A stretch of 32,000 nt of DNA, taken from the NCBI GenBank assembly GCA_934246625.1, contig CAKQHZ010000002.1:30001-62000 (forward strand). Reading direction: 5' to 3'. The notes under the pieces were generated by a model. It saw only the letters and a list, made by a program, of their open reading frames with translations. It searched no databases and was not told where the DNA came from. Origin of the DNA: an uncultured Alphaproteobacteria bacterium. Its GTDB lineage: Bacteria; Pseudomonadota; Alphaproteobacteria; Rs-D84; CACZYB01. Both the position numbers and the translations under genes were made by a program. Positions 1 to 7,696 of this stretch are shown piece by piece. Position 1 is the stretch's first letter; each line of letters opens with the position of its first letter.

Positions 1-221
1 GCAGTTTCACCAGTCTTTGGATTTCTTCCAACACGTTCAGCTTTGTGCTTTACAACAAAAGTGCCAAGTCCCATAATCTTAACTTCCTTTTCCAAAGCAA
101 TTCCATTTGAAAGAATATTAAAGAAAAGATCCACAATTTCAGAAGAATCAACCAAACTTAAACCAGTCCCCTTGCTTACTTCCATTGCCAAATCAATTTT
201 TTTTATGTTCTTCTTTTCCAT
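1..221 (-). CDS. ihfA: Integration host factor alpha / HU-family DNA-binding protein (C-terminal end cut by window edge)
   Basis: Absent from the ORF track because it runs off the window. Reverse-strand translation from ATG (219-221) gives MEKKNIKKIDLAMEVSKGTGLSLVDSSEIVDLFFNILSNGIALEKEVKIMGLGTFVVKHKAERVGRNPKTGETA..., which contains the HU/IHF arm motif RVGRNPKTGE. A GAGAGG SD lies upstream. It follows fabH as in the alphaproteobacterial plsX-fabH-ihfA arrangement. Confidence 0.8.
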   Translation of the reverse strand, partial: MEKKNIKKIDLAMEVSKGTGLSLVDSSEIVDLFFNILSNGIALEKEVKIMGLGTFVVKHKAERVGRNPKTGET

Positions 222-235
222 TTAAAACCTCTCTA

Positions 236-1198
236 TTAAAATTTAAGGAATACTGAACCCCAGGTAAAACCTGCACCCATAGCAGTCAATAAAACCTTAT
301 CACCCTTTTTAACTTGACCATTATTGTGTGCAATATCCAAAGCAAGTGGGATACAAGCAGAAGATATATTTCCGTGTGTTTGTATAGATTTTACAACCTT
401 TTCTTCTGGAATATCCAAATTTTTAAGTGCAGCATCAATAATTCTGATATTTGCTTGATGAGGAATAAAACAATCAACATCAGCCATTGTATATCCAGCC
501 TTTGCAACAACTTCCTTTGAAATTTCAGGCATTCTTGAAACAGCAAGTTTGAAAACTTCCTTACCTTCCATCAAAATATAGCCTGATGTTTTTGTAGAAG
601 ATGGACCACCAGTTGCCTTTAAAATATCAACATAATCACCATCAGATTTTATTGAATATGAAAGAATACCTGTTTTTTCTTCTGTTGCACGAAGCACCGC
701 AGCTCCTGCACCATCACCAAACAAAACACAAGTTGTTCTGTCATTCCAATCCATAATTCTTGACAAAGTTTCAGCACCAACAATCACAGCATTTTTATAA
801 ACACCAGATTTCAACATACCATCAGCCATAGTAAGACCGAATACGAAGCCAGAGCAAGCAGCCTGTATATCCATAGCCACAGCCTTTTTCATACCCAACT
901 TTTTTTGCACGATACAAGCGGTTGATGGGAAAACCAAATCGGGAGTAATTGTTGCAACGATAAGCAAATCAACCTCTTCTGGTTTCAAAGAAGCATTTTT
1001 CAAGGCATTTTCAACAGCCTTTACTGCCAAATCAGAAGTGCATTCTGAATCATCTGCAATATGACGTTCCTTAATCCCAGTTCTTGTGAAAATCCATTCA
1101 TCAGAAGTATCAACCATTTTTGCTAAATCATCATTAGTCAATACCTTTTTTGGAAGATATGAACCAGTCCCAATAATTTCTGAAAAAATTTCTGCCAT
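236..1198 (-). CDS. fabH: 3-oxoacyl-ACP synthase III (KAS III)
   Basis: 320 aa. The Cys-His-Asn catalytic triad contexts are AACSGF, PHQANIRI and HGNISSACIP. The start overlaps the plsX stop (TAATG). Confidence 0.95.
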   Translation of the reverse strand: MAEIFSEIIGTGSYLPKKVLTNDDLAKMVDTSDEWIFTRTGIKERHIADDSECTSDLAVKAVENALKNASLKPEEVDLLIVATITPDLVFPSTACIVQKKLGMKKAVAMDIQAACSGFVFGLTMADGMLKSGVYKNAVIVGAETLSRIMDWNDRTTCVLFGDGAGAAVLRATEEKTGILSYSIKSDGDYVDILKATGGPSSTKTSGYILMEGKEVFKLAVSRMPEISKEVVAKAGYTMADVDCFIPHQANIRIIDAALKNLDIPEEKVVKSIQTHGNISSACIPLALDIAHNNGQVKKGDKVLLTAMGAGFTWGSVFLKF

Positions 1199-2226
1199 TA
1201 TTCTTTTACCTTTTCAATTTCATTTTGAACTTTTGTTTCAAAATCATTTACAACTAAGCGAACAGCATATTTCACAGCATTTGAAAAACCAAACGCATCT
1301 GTTCCACCATGACTTTTTACAACGATACCATTTAAACCTAAGAACACAGCACCATTGTATTTTCGTGGGTCCATAGAAGATTTAAACTTATTAAGTGAAT
1401 TTTTTGCAAACAAAGCACCTATTATTGAAAAAATAGATTGCTTAAAATACTTTTTCAACCCCTTAATAATAAATTTAGAAGTTCCCTCTAAGGTTTTAAG
1501 TGCAACATTTCCAGTAAAGCCATCAGTAGTAATAACATCAACTTTTCCCTTGAAAATATCATCACCTTCAACAAAACCATAGTAATCAAAAGATAGTTTA
1601 TCTTTATTTGCCTGCATTTTTTCGGCTGCCAAAGAAAGATATTCAAATCCCTTTCCTGACTCTGAACCGATATTAAGGATACCAACCTTTGGGTGAGATT
1701 TACCAAGAATAATTTTAGAATACAAACTTCCCATAATAGCAAATTGGAAAATATTGTTTTCATCACATTCTGTATTTGCACCCAAATCAAGCATAGTTGT
1801 ATAAGATGTTTCTGTTGGAAGCAAAGTAGTAATTGCTGGTCTTCTTATTCCATCAATCATAGAAATAAGAATTCGAGAAATTCCCATAAGACAGCCAGTA
1901 TTACCACCACTTACAACGGCATCAGCAGTCTTATTTCTTACGGCCTCTATTGCCTTCCACATAGAAGTATTTCTTCCTGAACGAATAATACGAGAAGGTT
2001 TATCATCACCCTGAACAACATCATCTGCCTGAACAAGAGTTGAAATTTCATTAAGTCTTGGATACTTAGCAATCACAGGAGCAACAACCTTAGTATCACC
2101 AAAGATAAGCAAATTTATTTGATTCTCTACTAAATAATCATAGATAGAATCAAGTCCTGCAATAACACAAAAAGGGGCGTTATCACCACCCATAGCATCT
2201 ATTGCAATAGTATATTTTTTATCCAA
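1198..2226 (-). CDS. plsX: Phosphate acyltransferase PlsX
   Basis: 342 aa. N-terminal IAIDAMGGDNAP and VVSGGNTG motifs are typical of PlsX. Conserved position between rpmF and fabH. Confidence 0.95.
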   Translation of the reverse strand: MDKKYTIAIDAMGGDNAPFCVIAGLDSIYDYLVENQINLLIFGDTKVVAPVIAKYPRLNEISTLVQADDVVQGDDKPSRIIRSGRNTSMWKAIEAVRNKTADAVVSGGNTGCLMGISRILISMIDGIRRPAITTLLPTETSYTTMLDLGANTECDENNIFQFAIMGSLYSKIILGKSHPKVGILNIGSESGKGFEYLSLAAEKMQANKDKLSFDYYGFVEGDDIFKGKVDVITTDGFTGNVALKTLEGTSKFIIKGLKKYFKQSIFSIIGALFAKNSLNKFKSSMDPRKYNGAVFLGLNGIVVKSHGGTDAFGFSNAVKYAVRLVVNDFETKVQNEIEKVKE

Positions 2227-2263
2227 AGAACTTCTCCTTTTTTAAAAGGATTCCATTATTTAG

Positions 2264-2446
2264 TTATTTAGCTGAATTTTCAACTATTTGTTTGCCATTA
2301 TAAGAACCACAAGCCTTACATACATTGTGAGGTCTTACAATTTCACCACAGTTTTTGCAAACACTAACTGCATTAGGAGTTAATGCGTCATGAGATCTTC
2401 TCATATTTTTTCTTGATTGTGATGTTTTCTTTTTTGGAACAGCCAT
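2264..2446 (-). CDS. rpmF: 50S ribosomal protein L32
   Basis: 60 aa. [20 protein letters not shown]-terminus and a CxxC...CxxC zinc ribbon (CKNCGE...CKACG). Confidence 0.95.
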   Translation of the reverse strand: MAVPKKKTSQSRKNMRRSHDALTPNAVSVCKNCGEIVRPHNVCKACGSYNGKQIVENSAK

Positions 2447-2604
2447 TTTAACACTCTCTTTCTTTTTTTTAAATTTATATAATTAAAACAAATATTTAAT
2501 AGCCTATATTTAAAACTAAATCAATGAAATTTACAAGATTTATTTTAAAATCAGAGCCATAATAACACTACCCGTTTGATTTTACAAGTATTTTTTGATA
2601 AATT

Positions 2605-3375
2605 TTATTTTTTATCCTCAATATCTCGCTTATAGACCACAGGAGCAGGTTTATCCCAAGATATGCCTTCTTTCACAATTTTAGCAGGATTTCCAGCAAT
2701 CACACAATGTTCCGTTGTAAATGGTTTTGTTACTAATGATTTAAAACCTACTATACAATCATTCGGTATTTGTGCTCCCTTTAAAAATGTTGTTTGCATA
2801 CCTAACCAACAATGATCCCCTATTAAAATAGGTGCCTTTGGTAAATTTATAACTTTCTTTGTCGCATAATCAAGAACACTATGTCCATCACCAAAAATAA
2901 TAACACCTGCTGAAATCATACAGTCTTTACCAATATGAAGTTCATTATTGATAATTGCAATACTCATTTGAACCATATCTGCATTTTCACCTAATGTAAA
3001 AATATTATTATCGCCATACAAAGAAATACCAAGTTGTCCAGAAGCATTTTTTCCAATAAATGCCCTACTATGTTGTCCTTTGTGTTCAAATCTAATAGAA
3101 CTACTCCATAATTTACAAGGAAATTCAATCTCAACCAAATTATTATCACCACCAAGATGTATATTGATTCCTTGAATTCTTTGATATTTTGAAAGAGTTT
3201 TTCTTTCCCCATTTTCAAAAATAACAACAACTTTATTGTTTTTACCAGAATTGAAATAAGGTTTAAAACTCCAATAAATTTGTCTTGTATTAGATAAAAA
3301 TCTATCTCTTATTTTATGTCTTAAAACAGCAGATGGCACAAATGCACACAAAAATTGAACTAATGCTTTTCTCAT
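2605..3375 (-). CDS. Hexapeptide-repeat (left-handed beta-helix) acyl/acetyltransferase, polysaccharide-modification type
   Basis: 256 aa. The C-terminal half shows hexapeptide-type repeats (IGKDCMISAGVIIFGDGH, IGDHCWLGMQTTFLKGAQIPNDCIVGFKSLV, VIAGNPAKIVK). The basic N-terminal FVPSAVLRHKIRDRF segment is typical of sugar O-acyltransferases. AAGGA SD upstream. Substrate unknown. Confidence 0.7.
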   Translation of the reverse strand: MRKALVQFLCAFVPSAVLRHKIRDRFLSNTRQIYWSFKPYFNSGKNNKVVVIFENGERKTLSKYQRIQGINIHLGGDNNLVEIEFPCKLWSSSIRFEHKGQHSRAFIGKNASGQLGISLYGDNNIFTLGENADMVQMSIAIINNELHIGKDCMISAGVIIFGDGHSVLDYATKKVINLPKAPILIGDHCWLGMQTTFLKGAQIPNDCIVGFKSLVTKPFTTEHCVIAGNPAKIVKEGISWDKPAPVVYKRDIEDKK

Positions 3376-3400
3376 TTTAAATCCTTAACTTAATAAAAAA

Positions 3401-3475
3401 TGGTGCTACTGGTGAGAATCGGACTCACGACCTCACCCTTACCAAGGGTGCGCTCTACCACTGAGCCACAGTAGC
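3401..3475 (-). tRNA. tRNA-Thr (anticodon GGU), CCA encoded
   Basis: The reverse complement GCTACTGTGGCTCAGTGGTAGAGCGCACCCTTGGTAAGGGTGAGGTCGTGAGTCCGATTCTCACCAGTAGCACCA folds into a perfect cloverleaf (7/4/5/5 bp stems). The anticodon loop is TTGGTAA. The anticodon arm matches, as I recall it, that of E. coli tRNA-Thr(GGU). Confidence 0.92.
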
Positions 3476-3490
3476 AAAATAGTAGGAATT

Positions 3491-3519
3491 AAAATAAGCT
3501 ATATTTAGAAATAAGTCAA
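3491..3519 (-). promoter_or_regulatory. Candidate sigma70-type promoter for tRNA-Thr (and the downstream acyltransferase)
   Basis: The minus strand reads TTGACT (3519-3514), a 17-nt spacer, then TATTTT (3496-3491). The tRNA 5' end lies 15 nt downstream of the -10. Confidence 0.4.
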
Positions 3520-3614
3520 GAACAAGTGTAAAAAAAGCCTATTTTTTATCTTCGATAAATTCCTTATAATCTAAAGGAGCAAACTATACCAAGATATACA
3601 CTATCTCAACCTAT

Positions 3615-3641
3615 TAAAAAAGGTGAGCCTCAACTCACCTT
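3615..3641 (-). terminator. Rho-independent terminator of secG
   Basis: Stem AGGTGAG (3621-3627) pairs with CTCACCT (3634-3640) around a 6-nt loop. The A-run at 3616-3620 gives a U-tract on the minus strand, 8 nt after the secG stop. Confidence 0.6.
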
Positions 3642-3648
3642 TACATTT

Positions 3649-4056
3649 TTATTTAGAAACAGGTGCCAAAGGTTTCTTTTTTGCTTCCTTTTTAATTGCA
3701 TCACGTTTCATTTCTTCTTTGACCTTGTCTTCTGGAATTTTTTTAACAGAAGGAATTGAAATTTCCTTTACTTCACGTTTTTGATTTTTTTCCATCATAG
3801 TTTCAACAAATGATTTAGAAGAGTTTGTCTTTCTTACAACCAAAATTGCAAGTGTAATACAAATAACAAAGAACATTGCACCCAAAACATAAGTTGTTTT
3901 AGTAATTAAGTTTCCAGCAGATGATGCTGTAAAAAGTCCATTTTTAGAACCACTTCCACCCATACCAAGCACACCACCTTCTGACTTTTGAAGTAAAATA
4001 ATACCAATTAACAAAATAACAACTATAATGTTAAGAACAAGAAGAACATTTATCAT
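3649..4056 (-). CDS. secG: Preprotein translocase subunit SecG with a long Lys/Glu-rich C-terminal tail
   Basis: 135 aa. Two TM helices flank the SecG signature LLQKSEGGVLGMGGSGS. The tail after about residue 75 is charged and low-complexity. Confidence 0.8.
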   Translation of the reverse strand: MINVLLVLNIIVVILLIGIILLQKSEGGVLGMGGSGSKNGLFTASSAGNLITKTTYVLGAMFFVICITLAILVVRKTNSSKSFVETMMEKNQKREVKEISIPSVKKIPEDKVKEEMKRDAIKKEAKKKPLAPVSK

Positions 4057-4138
4057 TTTTTATATTTCCTTTATTTAAAATTGAATATGATATATAAATA
4101 TAAACTATAAAAAAATATAATCAAGAAAAAATCGCCAA

Positions 4139-4164
4139 ATAAAAAAACCTCCTTTCGGAGGTTT
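4139..4164 (-). terminator. Rho-independent terminator of the 54-aa ORF
   Basis: Stem AACCTCC (4146-4152) pairs with GGAGGTT (4157-4163) around a TTTC tetraloop. The upstream A-run becomes a U-tract on the minus strand. Confidence 0.65.
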
Positions 4165-4178
4165 CCAATCTTTAAAAA

Positions 4179-4343
4179 TTATTTTTCAGATGCCTTTGCT
4201 TGCATTGCTTTATCAATTTTAGCAGCAGTTTCAGCGGCAATTTTTTCAGCTTCTTCAGTTTCACCTTGCAAGAATTTCAAATCCACTATGCCAGTAGCCA
4301 TATTGAACATATCTTTCTTTTGTTGTGTATTCTTTTCTGCCAT
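4179..4343 (-). CDS. Small hypothetical protein (54 aa), Ala/Lys/Glu-rich and probably helical
   Basis: I prefer the internal ATG at 4341-4343 because of the AGAGG SD (gataaAGAGGttaattATG), giving MAEKNTQQKKDMFNMATGIVDLKFLQGETEEAEKIAAETAAKIDKAMQAKASEK. The longer 79-aa form in the ORF track has no SD. A terminator follows. No family recognised. Confidence 0.45.
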   Translation of the reverse strand: MAEKNTQQKKDMFNMATGIVDLKFLQGETEEAEKIAAETAAKIDKAMQAKASEK

Positions 4344-4539
4344 AATTAACCTCTTTATCTGTTTTTCAAAAATATACCACAGAAAACGATTCTTGTAAAG
4401 CATATTTTTCTTTTTCACATAAAATTTATAGACATAATAAATAAAAAAATTTTATTTGTCAACACTTTTATAGAGAAAAAATCTATCAACCCACAAATTT
4501 ATCTTTCAATTTCAAAAACTATATGGTAAATATAAAAAT

Positions 4540-5460
4540 ATGAGAAGGAATTCAAAAATGATTAAATATTATATATGTTTCCTTGGACTTTTTTTTATTC
4601 AAGGTTGCAAACCAAATTCCACCACTGATGTAATAAATAGTGTAAAGGAAGATACTTCTCAATCAATCAAAGAATTTCAAAATTACGACTATGCCGAATT
4701 TTTTAATCGCCTAAAAACCGCATATAAAACTTCAAATCGTAAAAGATACCCAACAACCCAAAAAATCGTTATAAATACAAGCCGTGATGGACAATTATAC
4801 GCATACAACGGCATTATAAACGAATGCGAAATACTTCCATGTAAAATAAAGGAAAGTATTTTAAACCGCAATACTATTTTCCCAGAAAACACAACTGCAA
4901 AATTAAGAATCGAAATTCCAATGTTATCATCAAAGGATTTCACCTCTGCAATTTCAAAATATGGAAAACTAATCACAAATGAAATAAAAACAGACGATTA
5001 TATTTCAAAGGATTTAGAATATTATCAATCTGAACTGACTTCATTAAACCTTATAAAACAAGAACTTGAAACCATTTTACAAAAAAAGGATATTTTCAAT
5101 TCAAAGGAGCTTGAACGATTTGAAAACAACCTTTTAAAAATCAATCGCAAAATTCTTTATACACAAAACGACATTAAATATCTTGATGAAATAAAGGATA
5201 AACAAGCAATAGAAATTATCATAAATCGTGAATACAAATCCACAAGCAACAAGGTCAAAGCCAATATCCAAAACGCCATATATTTTGCAAGCGGATATTT
5301 ACACCTTATAATTATAGCTTTGTTTTTCATAAGTCTTTTATGGCTTTTGAAATTCACAAAATTTGAAATAAATAACCTTTATAAATATATAAAGGATAAA
5401 AAATTCCAAAAGAAAGTGGTTTCTCAACAAAAAGACGAACCACATCTTCCAACAAAATAA
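4540..5460 (+). CDS. Hypothetical lipoprotein-like protein with a coiled-coil region and a C-terminal TM helix
   Basis: 306 aa. The N-terminus ...MIKYYICFLGLFFIQGC resembles a lipobox signal. The ATG at 4558 has the better SD (AGAAGGA), so the true start may be 4558. A C-terminal hydrophobic helix reads YLHLIIIALFFISLLWLL. No family recognised. Confidence 0.6.
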   Translation: MRRNSKMIKYYICFLGLFFIQGCKPNSTTDVINSVKEDTSQSIKEFQNYDYAEFFNRLKTAYKTSNRKRYPTTQKIVINTSRDGQLYAYNGIINECEILPCKIKESILNRNTIFPENTTAKLRIEIPMLSSKDFTSAISKYGKLITNEIKTDDYISKDLEYYQSELTSLNLIKQELETILQKKDIFNSKELERFENNLLKINRKILYTQNDIKYLDEIKDKQAIEIIINREYKSTSNKVKANIQNAIYFASGYLHLIIIALFFISLLWLLKFTKFEINNLYKYIKDKKFQKKVVSQQKDEPHLPTK

Positions 5461-5475
5461 ACGAAAGGATTTAAA

Positions 5476-6108
5476 ATGGTAAAAATAGTAAAACCATCAT
5501 ACGAAATATTAACACCAATAAATGGTGATGAAATTTTAAAACTTATCGAACTTGCTGGAAGAACTTGTTATAAATCAGATAATTTAATAACTCCAGATTC
5601 TGCAAAAAACTTTGTTGAAAAAATCGCACAACGAGGACACGAATCTGTTATAGAACATTACAATATCACAGTAAGATTTATTTGTAATCGAGGTTTTACA
5701 CACGAACTTGTCCGACACAGACTTGCTGCATACTCCCAAGAATCAACAAGATATTGCAATTATAATAAGGACAAATTCGGCTCTGAAATAACTGTCATAA
5801 AACCTTTTGAAATAAACGAAGATACAAAAGAATATGATTTATGGAAAGAAGCAATGCAAAATGCTGAAAAATCATATATGGCAATGATTGAAAATGGCTC
5901 TAAACCTGAAAATGCACGCGGTGTTTTACCAATCGACATAAAAACCGAAATCGTAATAACTACAAACCTTCGCGAATGGAAACATATCTTTAAACTAAGG
6001 ACAAGCAAGGCCGCACACCCAAGTATGCGTGAACTTATGATTCCTCTTTTAAAAGAATTCAAAGAAAAAATTCCTGTTATATTTGATAAAATAGAACCAA
6101 ATTCTTAA
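5476..6108 (+). CDS. thyX: FAD-dependent thymidylate synthase ThyX (short form)
   Basis: 210 aa. ThyX signature region RHRLAAYSQESTRY plus HESVIEH. AAAGGA SD 15 nt after the preceding gene. Confidence 0.88.
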   Translation: MVKIVKPSYEILTPINGDEILKLIELAGRTCYKSDNLITPDSAKNFVEKIAQRGHESVIEHYNITVRFICNRGFTHELVRHRLAAYSQESTRYCNYNKDKFGSEITVIKPFEINEDTKEYDLWKEAMQNAEKSYMAMIENGSKPENARGVLPIDIKTEIVITTNLREWKHIFKLRTSKAAHPSMRELMIPLLKEFKEKIPVIFDKIEPNS

Positions 6109-6115
6109 AAAAAAC

Positions 6116-6144
6116 TTGCGAAAACGAATATTGATTTATATAAT
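6116..6144 (+). promoter_or_regulatory. Candidate sigma70-type promoter of the OmpA-family gene
   Basis: TTGCGA (6116-6121), a 17-nt spacer, then a consensus TATAAT (6139-6144). The predicted TSS is about 6151, right at the AGAGGAGAGAGA SD. Confidence 0.5.
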
Positions 6145-6164
6145 AAAGAAAGAGGAGAGAGAAG

Positions 6165-7619
6165 ATTTTAAATAAACTATTACATAACAATAAATTTTCT
6201 GCAAAAATAATTACCATTTTTGCGATGATGTTTTGTAATTGTCTCCCTGCTTTTTCTGAAATACAAAATACAAAAGATTATACAAATTATGTAAAAACAA
6301 TCCGCGGAATTGATTTTTATTCAAATCAATCAAAGGATAATTTTGCAAATTCTTTGGCAAATGAATATAAATCTTTTGCCCTATACAAATCACAATATTC
6401 AAATGATATGGATGATGCAAATCATTTTGCACTAAAGGCTTTAACCGCATATTATGGTGAACGTGTAAGACCTGAAAATATTTATAAAAGACACTTACCT
6501 ATGGATAACATTGTTGAAATAAGCAATTATTACGACGACCTTTTAAAAATATTAAATTCAGAAGTTCAAAACACATATCCACAACTTGTTGCCGAAGCTC
6601 AAGTTAAATTTGATTGTTGGGTTGAAAGTGAAGAAGCTGGACTTTTAAAACAGGCTGTAAATTGCCAAAATCGTTTTTTAAAGGCCCGCGAAAAACTTCT
6701 TGCAATAACAAATTCCGAATGCTTTAAATGTAAAAAGAAAAAAACAAAAGCAATCGTAAAAACAAATAAGCTAAAGGAATTTGATGGAAAACATATATCT
6801 ATTCCAAAATGGCCAAATATGCCATTACTAAGAAATAATCCACCAAAACCAATTATCGTTGCACAAAATGATATAAGTAAGGATTTAAAAAATCTTAATA
6901 ACTATATTAAAAATATAGAATCAACATTAAATTTAATAAAGGCACAACAAAAAACAACCCAAGTTGTTCAAAACTCTGCACATGAAAAAACTATTATTGT
7001 ATCGGACCCAAACAATGCAACAAAAACCGATATCGAAAGTTTAAGAAAATATATTGAAACTCTTGAAAAACAAGTAAATGAATTAAGGGCAAAAAACAAC
7101 AATGCAGAGTTTACAAACCTTGAAAATAAAATAAGGGAATTATCCGAACAAATAAATGCTATTGAAATTCCTGAATGCCCTGCTCCTCAAGAACCTGAAG
7201 AAGAAGTAATAGAAGAAACCGAAGAACCAGAAGAAGAATACGAAGAAATTGATGAAGACGACTATCTTGAAGACGAAATTTTCGATGCTCCATCAGAATA
7301 TCTTCCATTCGAAATATTCTTTGATTGGGACAAATCTGATGTGGACTATAAATTTATCCCACAATTAAAGGACATTTCAGAAAAGGCCCTATCATCAAAG
7401 GAAACAATAATAATCCAAGGACATACGGATACTTCTGGCTCACCAGAATACAACAAAAAATTATCAGACAAACGAGCAAAAGCCGTTGCAAAAATAATTC
7501 AAAACTATGGTATTCCTGCTGAAAAAATTACACTTCAAGCAATGGGTGCAACAGAGCTAAAAGTTCCAACAGCAAATGGTGTAAAAAAACCTGAAAATCG
7601 CCGTGTTGTAATAAAATAA
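6165..7619 (+). CDS. OmpA-family protein (helical N-domain, coiled coil, acidic linker, C-terminal OmpA/MotB peptidoglycan-binding domain); probable ATT start
   Basis: C-terminal IIIQGHTDTSGSPEYNKKLSDKRAKAV...NRRVVIK is an OmpA-C-like domain. The ORF-track ATG at 6225 leaves no signal peptide and has no SD. The frame is open back to the TAA at 6144-6146. ATT at 6165 sits 7 nt after AGGAG and yields (M)LNKLLHNNKFSAKIITIFAMMFCNCLPAFS/EIQ, a normal signal peptide. Confidence 0.85.
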   Translation: MLNKLLHNNKFSAKIITIFAMMFCNCLPAFSEIQNTKDYTNYVKTIRGIDFYSNQSKDNFANSLANEYKSFALYKSQYSNDMDDANHFALKALTAYYGERVRPENIYKRHLPMDNIVEISNYYDDLLKILNSEVQNTYPQLVAEAQVKFDCWVESEEAGLLKQAVNCQNRFLKAREKLLAITNSECFKCKKKKTKAIVKTNKLKEFDGKHISIPKWPNMPLLRNNPPKPIIVAQNDISKDLKNLNNYIKNIESTLNLIKAQQKTTQVVQNSAHEKTIIVSDPNNATKTDIESLRKYIETLEKQVNELRAKNNNAEFTNLENKIRELSEQINAIEIPECPAPQEPEEEVIEETEEPEEEYEEIDEDDYLEDEIFDAPSEYLPFEIFFDWDKSDVDYKFIPQLKDISEKALSSKETIIIQGHTDTSGSPEYNKKLSDKRAKAVAKIIQNYGIPAEKITLQAMGATELKVPTANGVKKPENRRVVIK

Positions 7620-7634
7620 TCTTAAAGAAACATC

Positions 7635-7663
7635 TTGTAATACACAAACTTTTGTAATAAAAT
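7635..7663 (+). promoter_or_regulatory. Candidate promoter of pgk
   Basis: TTGTAA (7635-7640), a 17-nt spacer, then TAAAAT (7658-7663). An AAGGAG SD precedes the ATG at 7697. Confidence 0.4.
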
Positions 7664-7696
7664 ATCATTATTATAACAAACAAAAAAGGAGATACT

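Noticed and set aside
43-225. 60-aa plus-strand ORF at the window start
   Set aside because: The opposite strand encodes a clear HU/IHF-family protein (RVGRNPKTGE motif) with an SD and the conserved fabH-ihfA synteny. The plus-strand ORF is the antisense artefact.
2447-3519. tRNA-Thr as an integration site for a genomic island carrying the acyltransferase
   Set aside because: I found no integrase, no direct repeat of the tRNA 3' segment in the 2447-2604 region, and only one cargo gene. Acquisition remains possible, but a tRNA-targeted island is not supported.
7190-7270. GAA-rich repetitive DNA (possible tandem repeat or CRISPR-like array)
   Set aside because: It is in frame within the OmpA-family CDS and encodes an acidic linker. 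There is no repeat-spacer periodicity. I saw no CRISPR array anywhere in the window.
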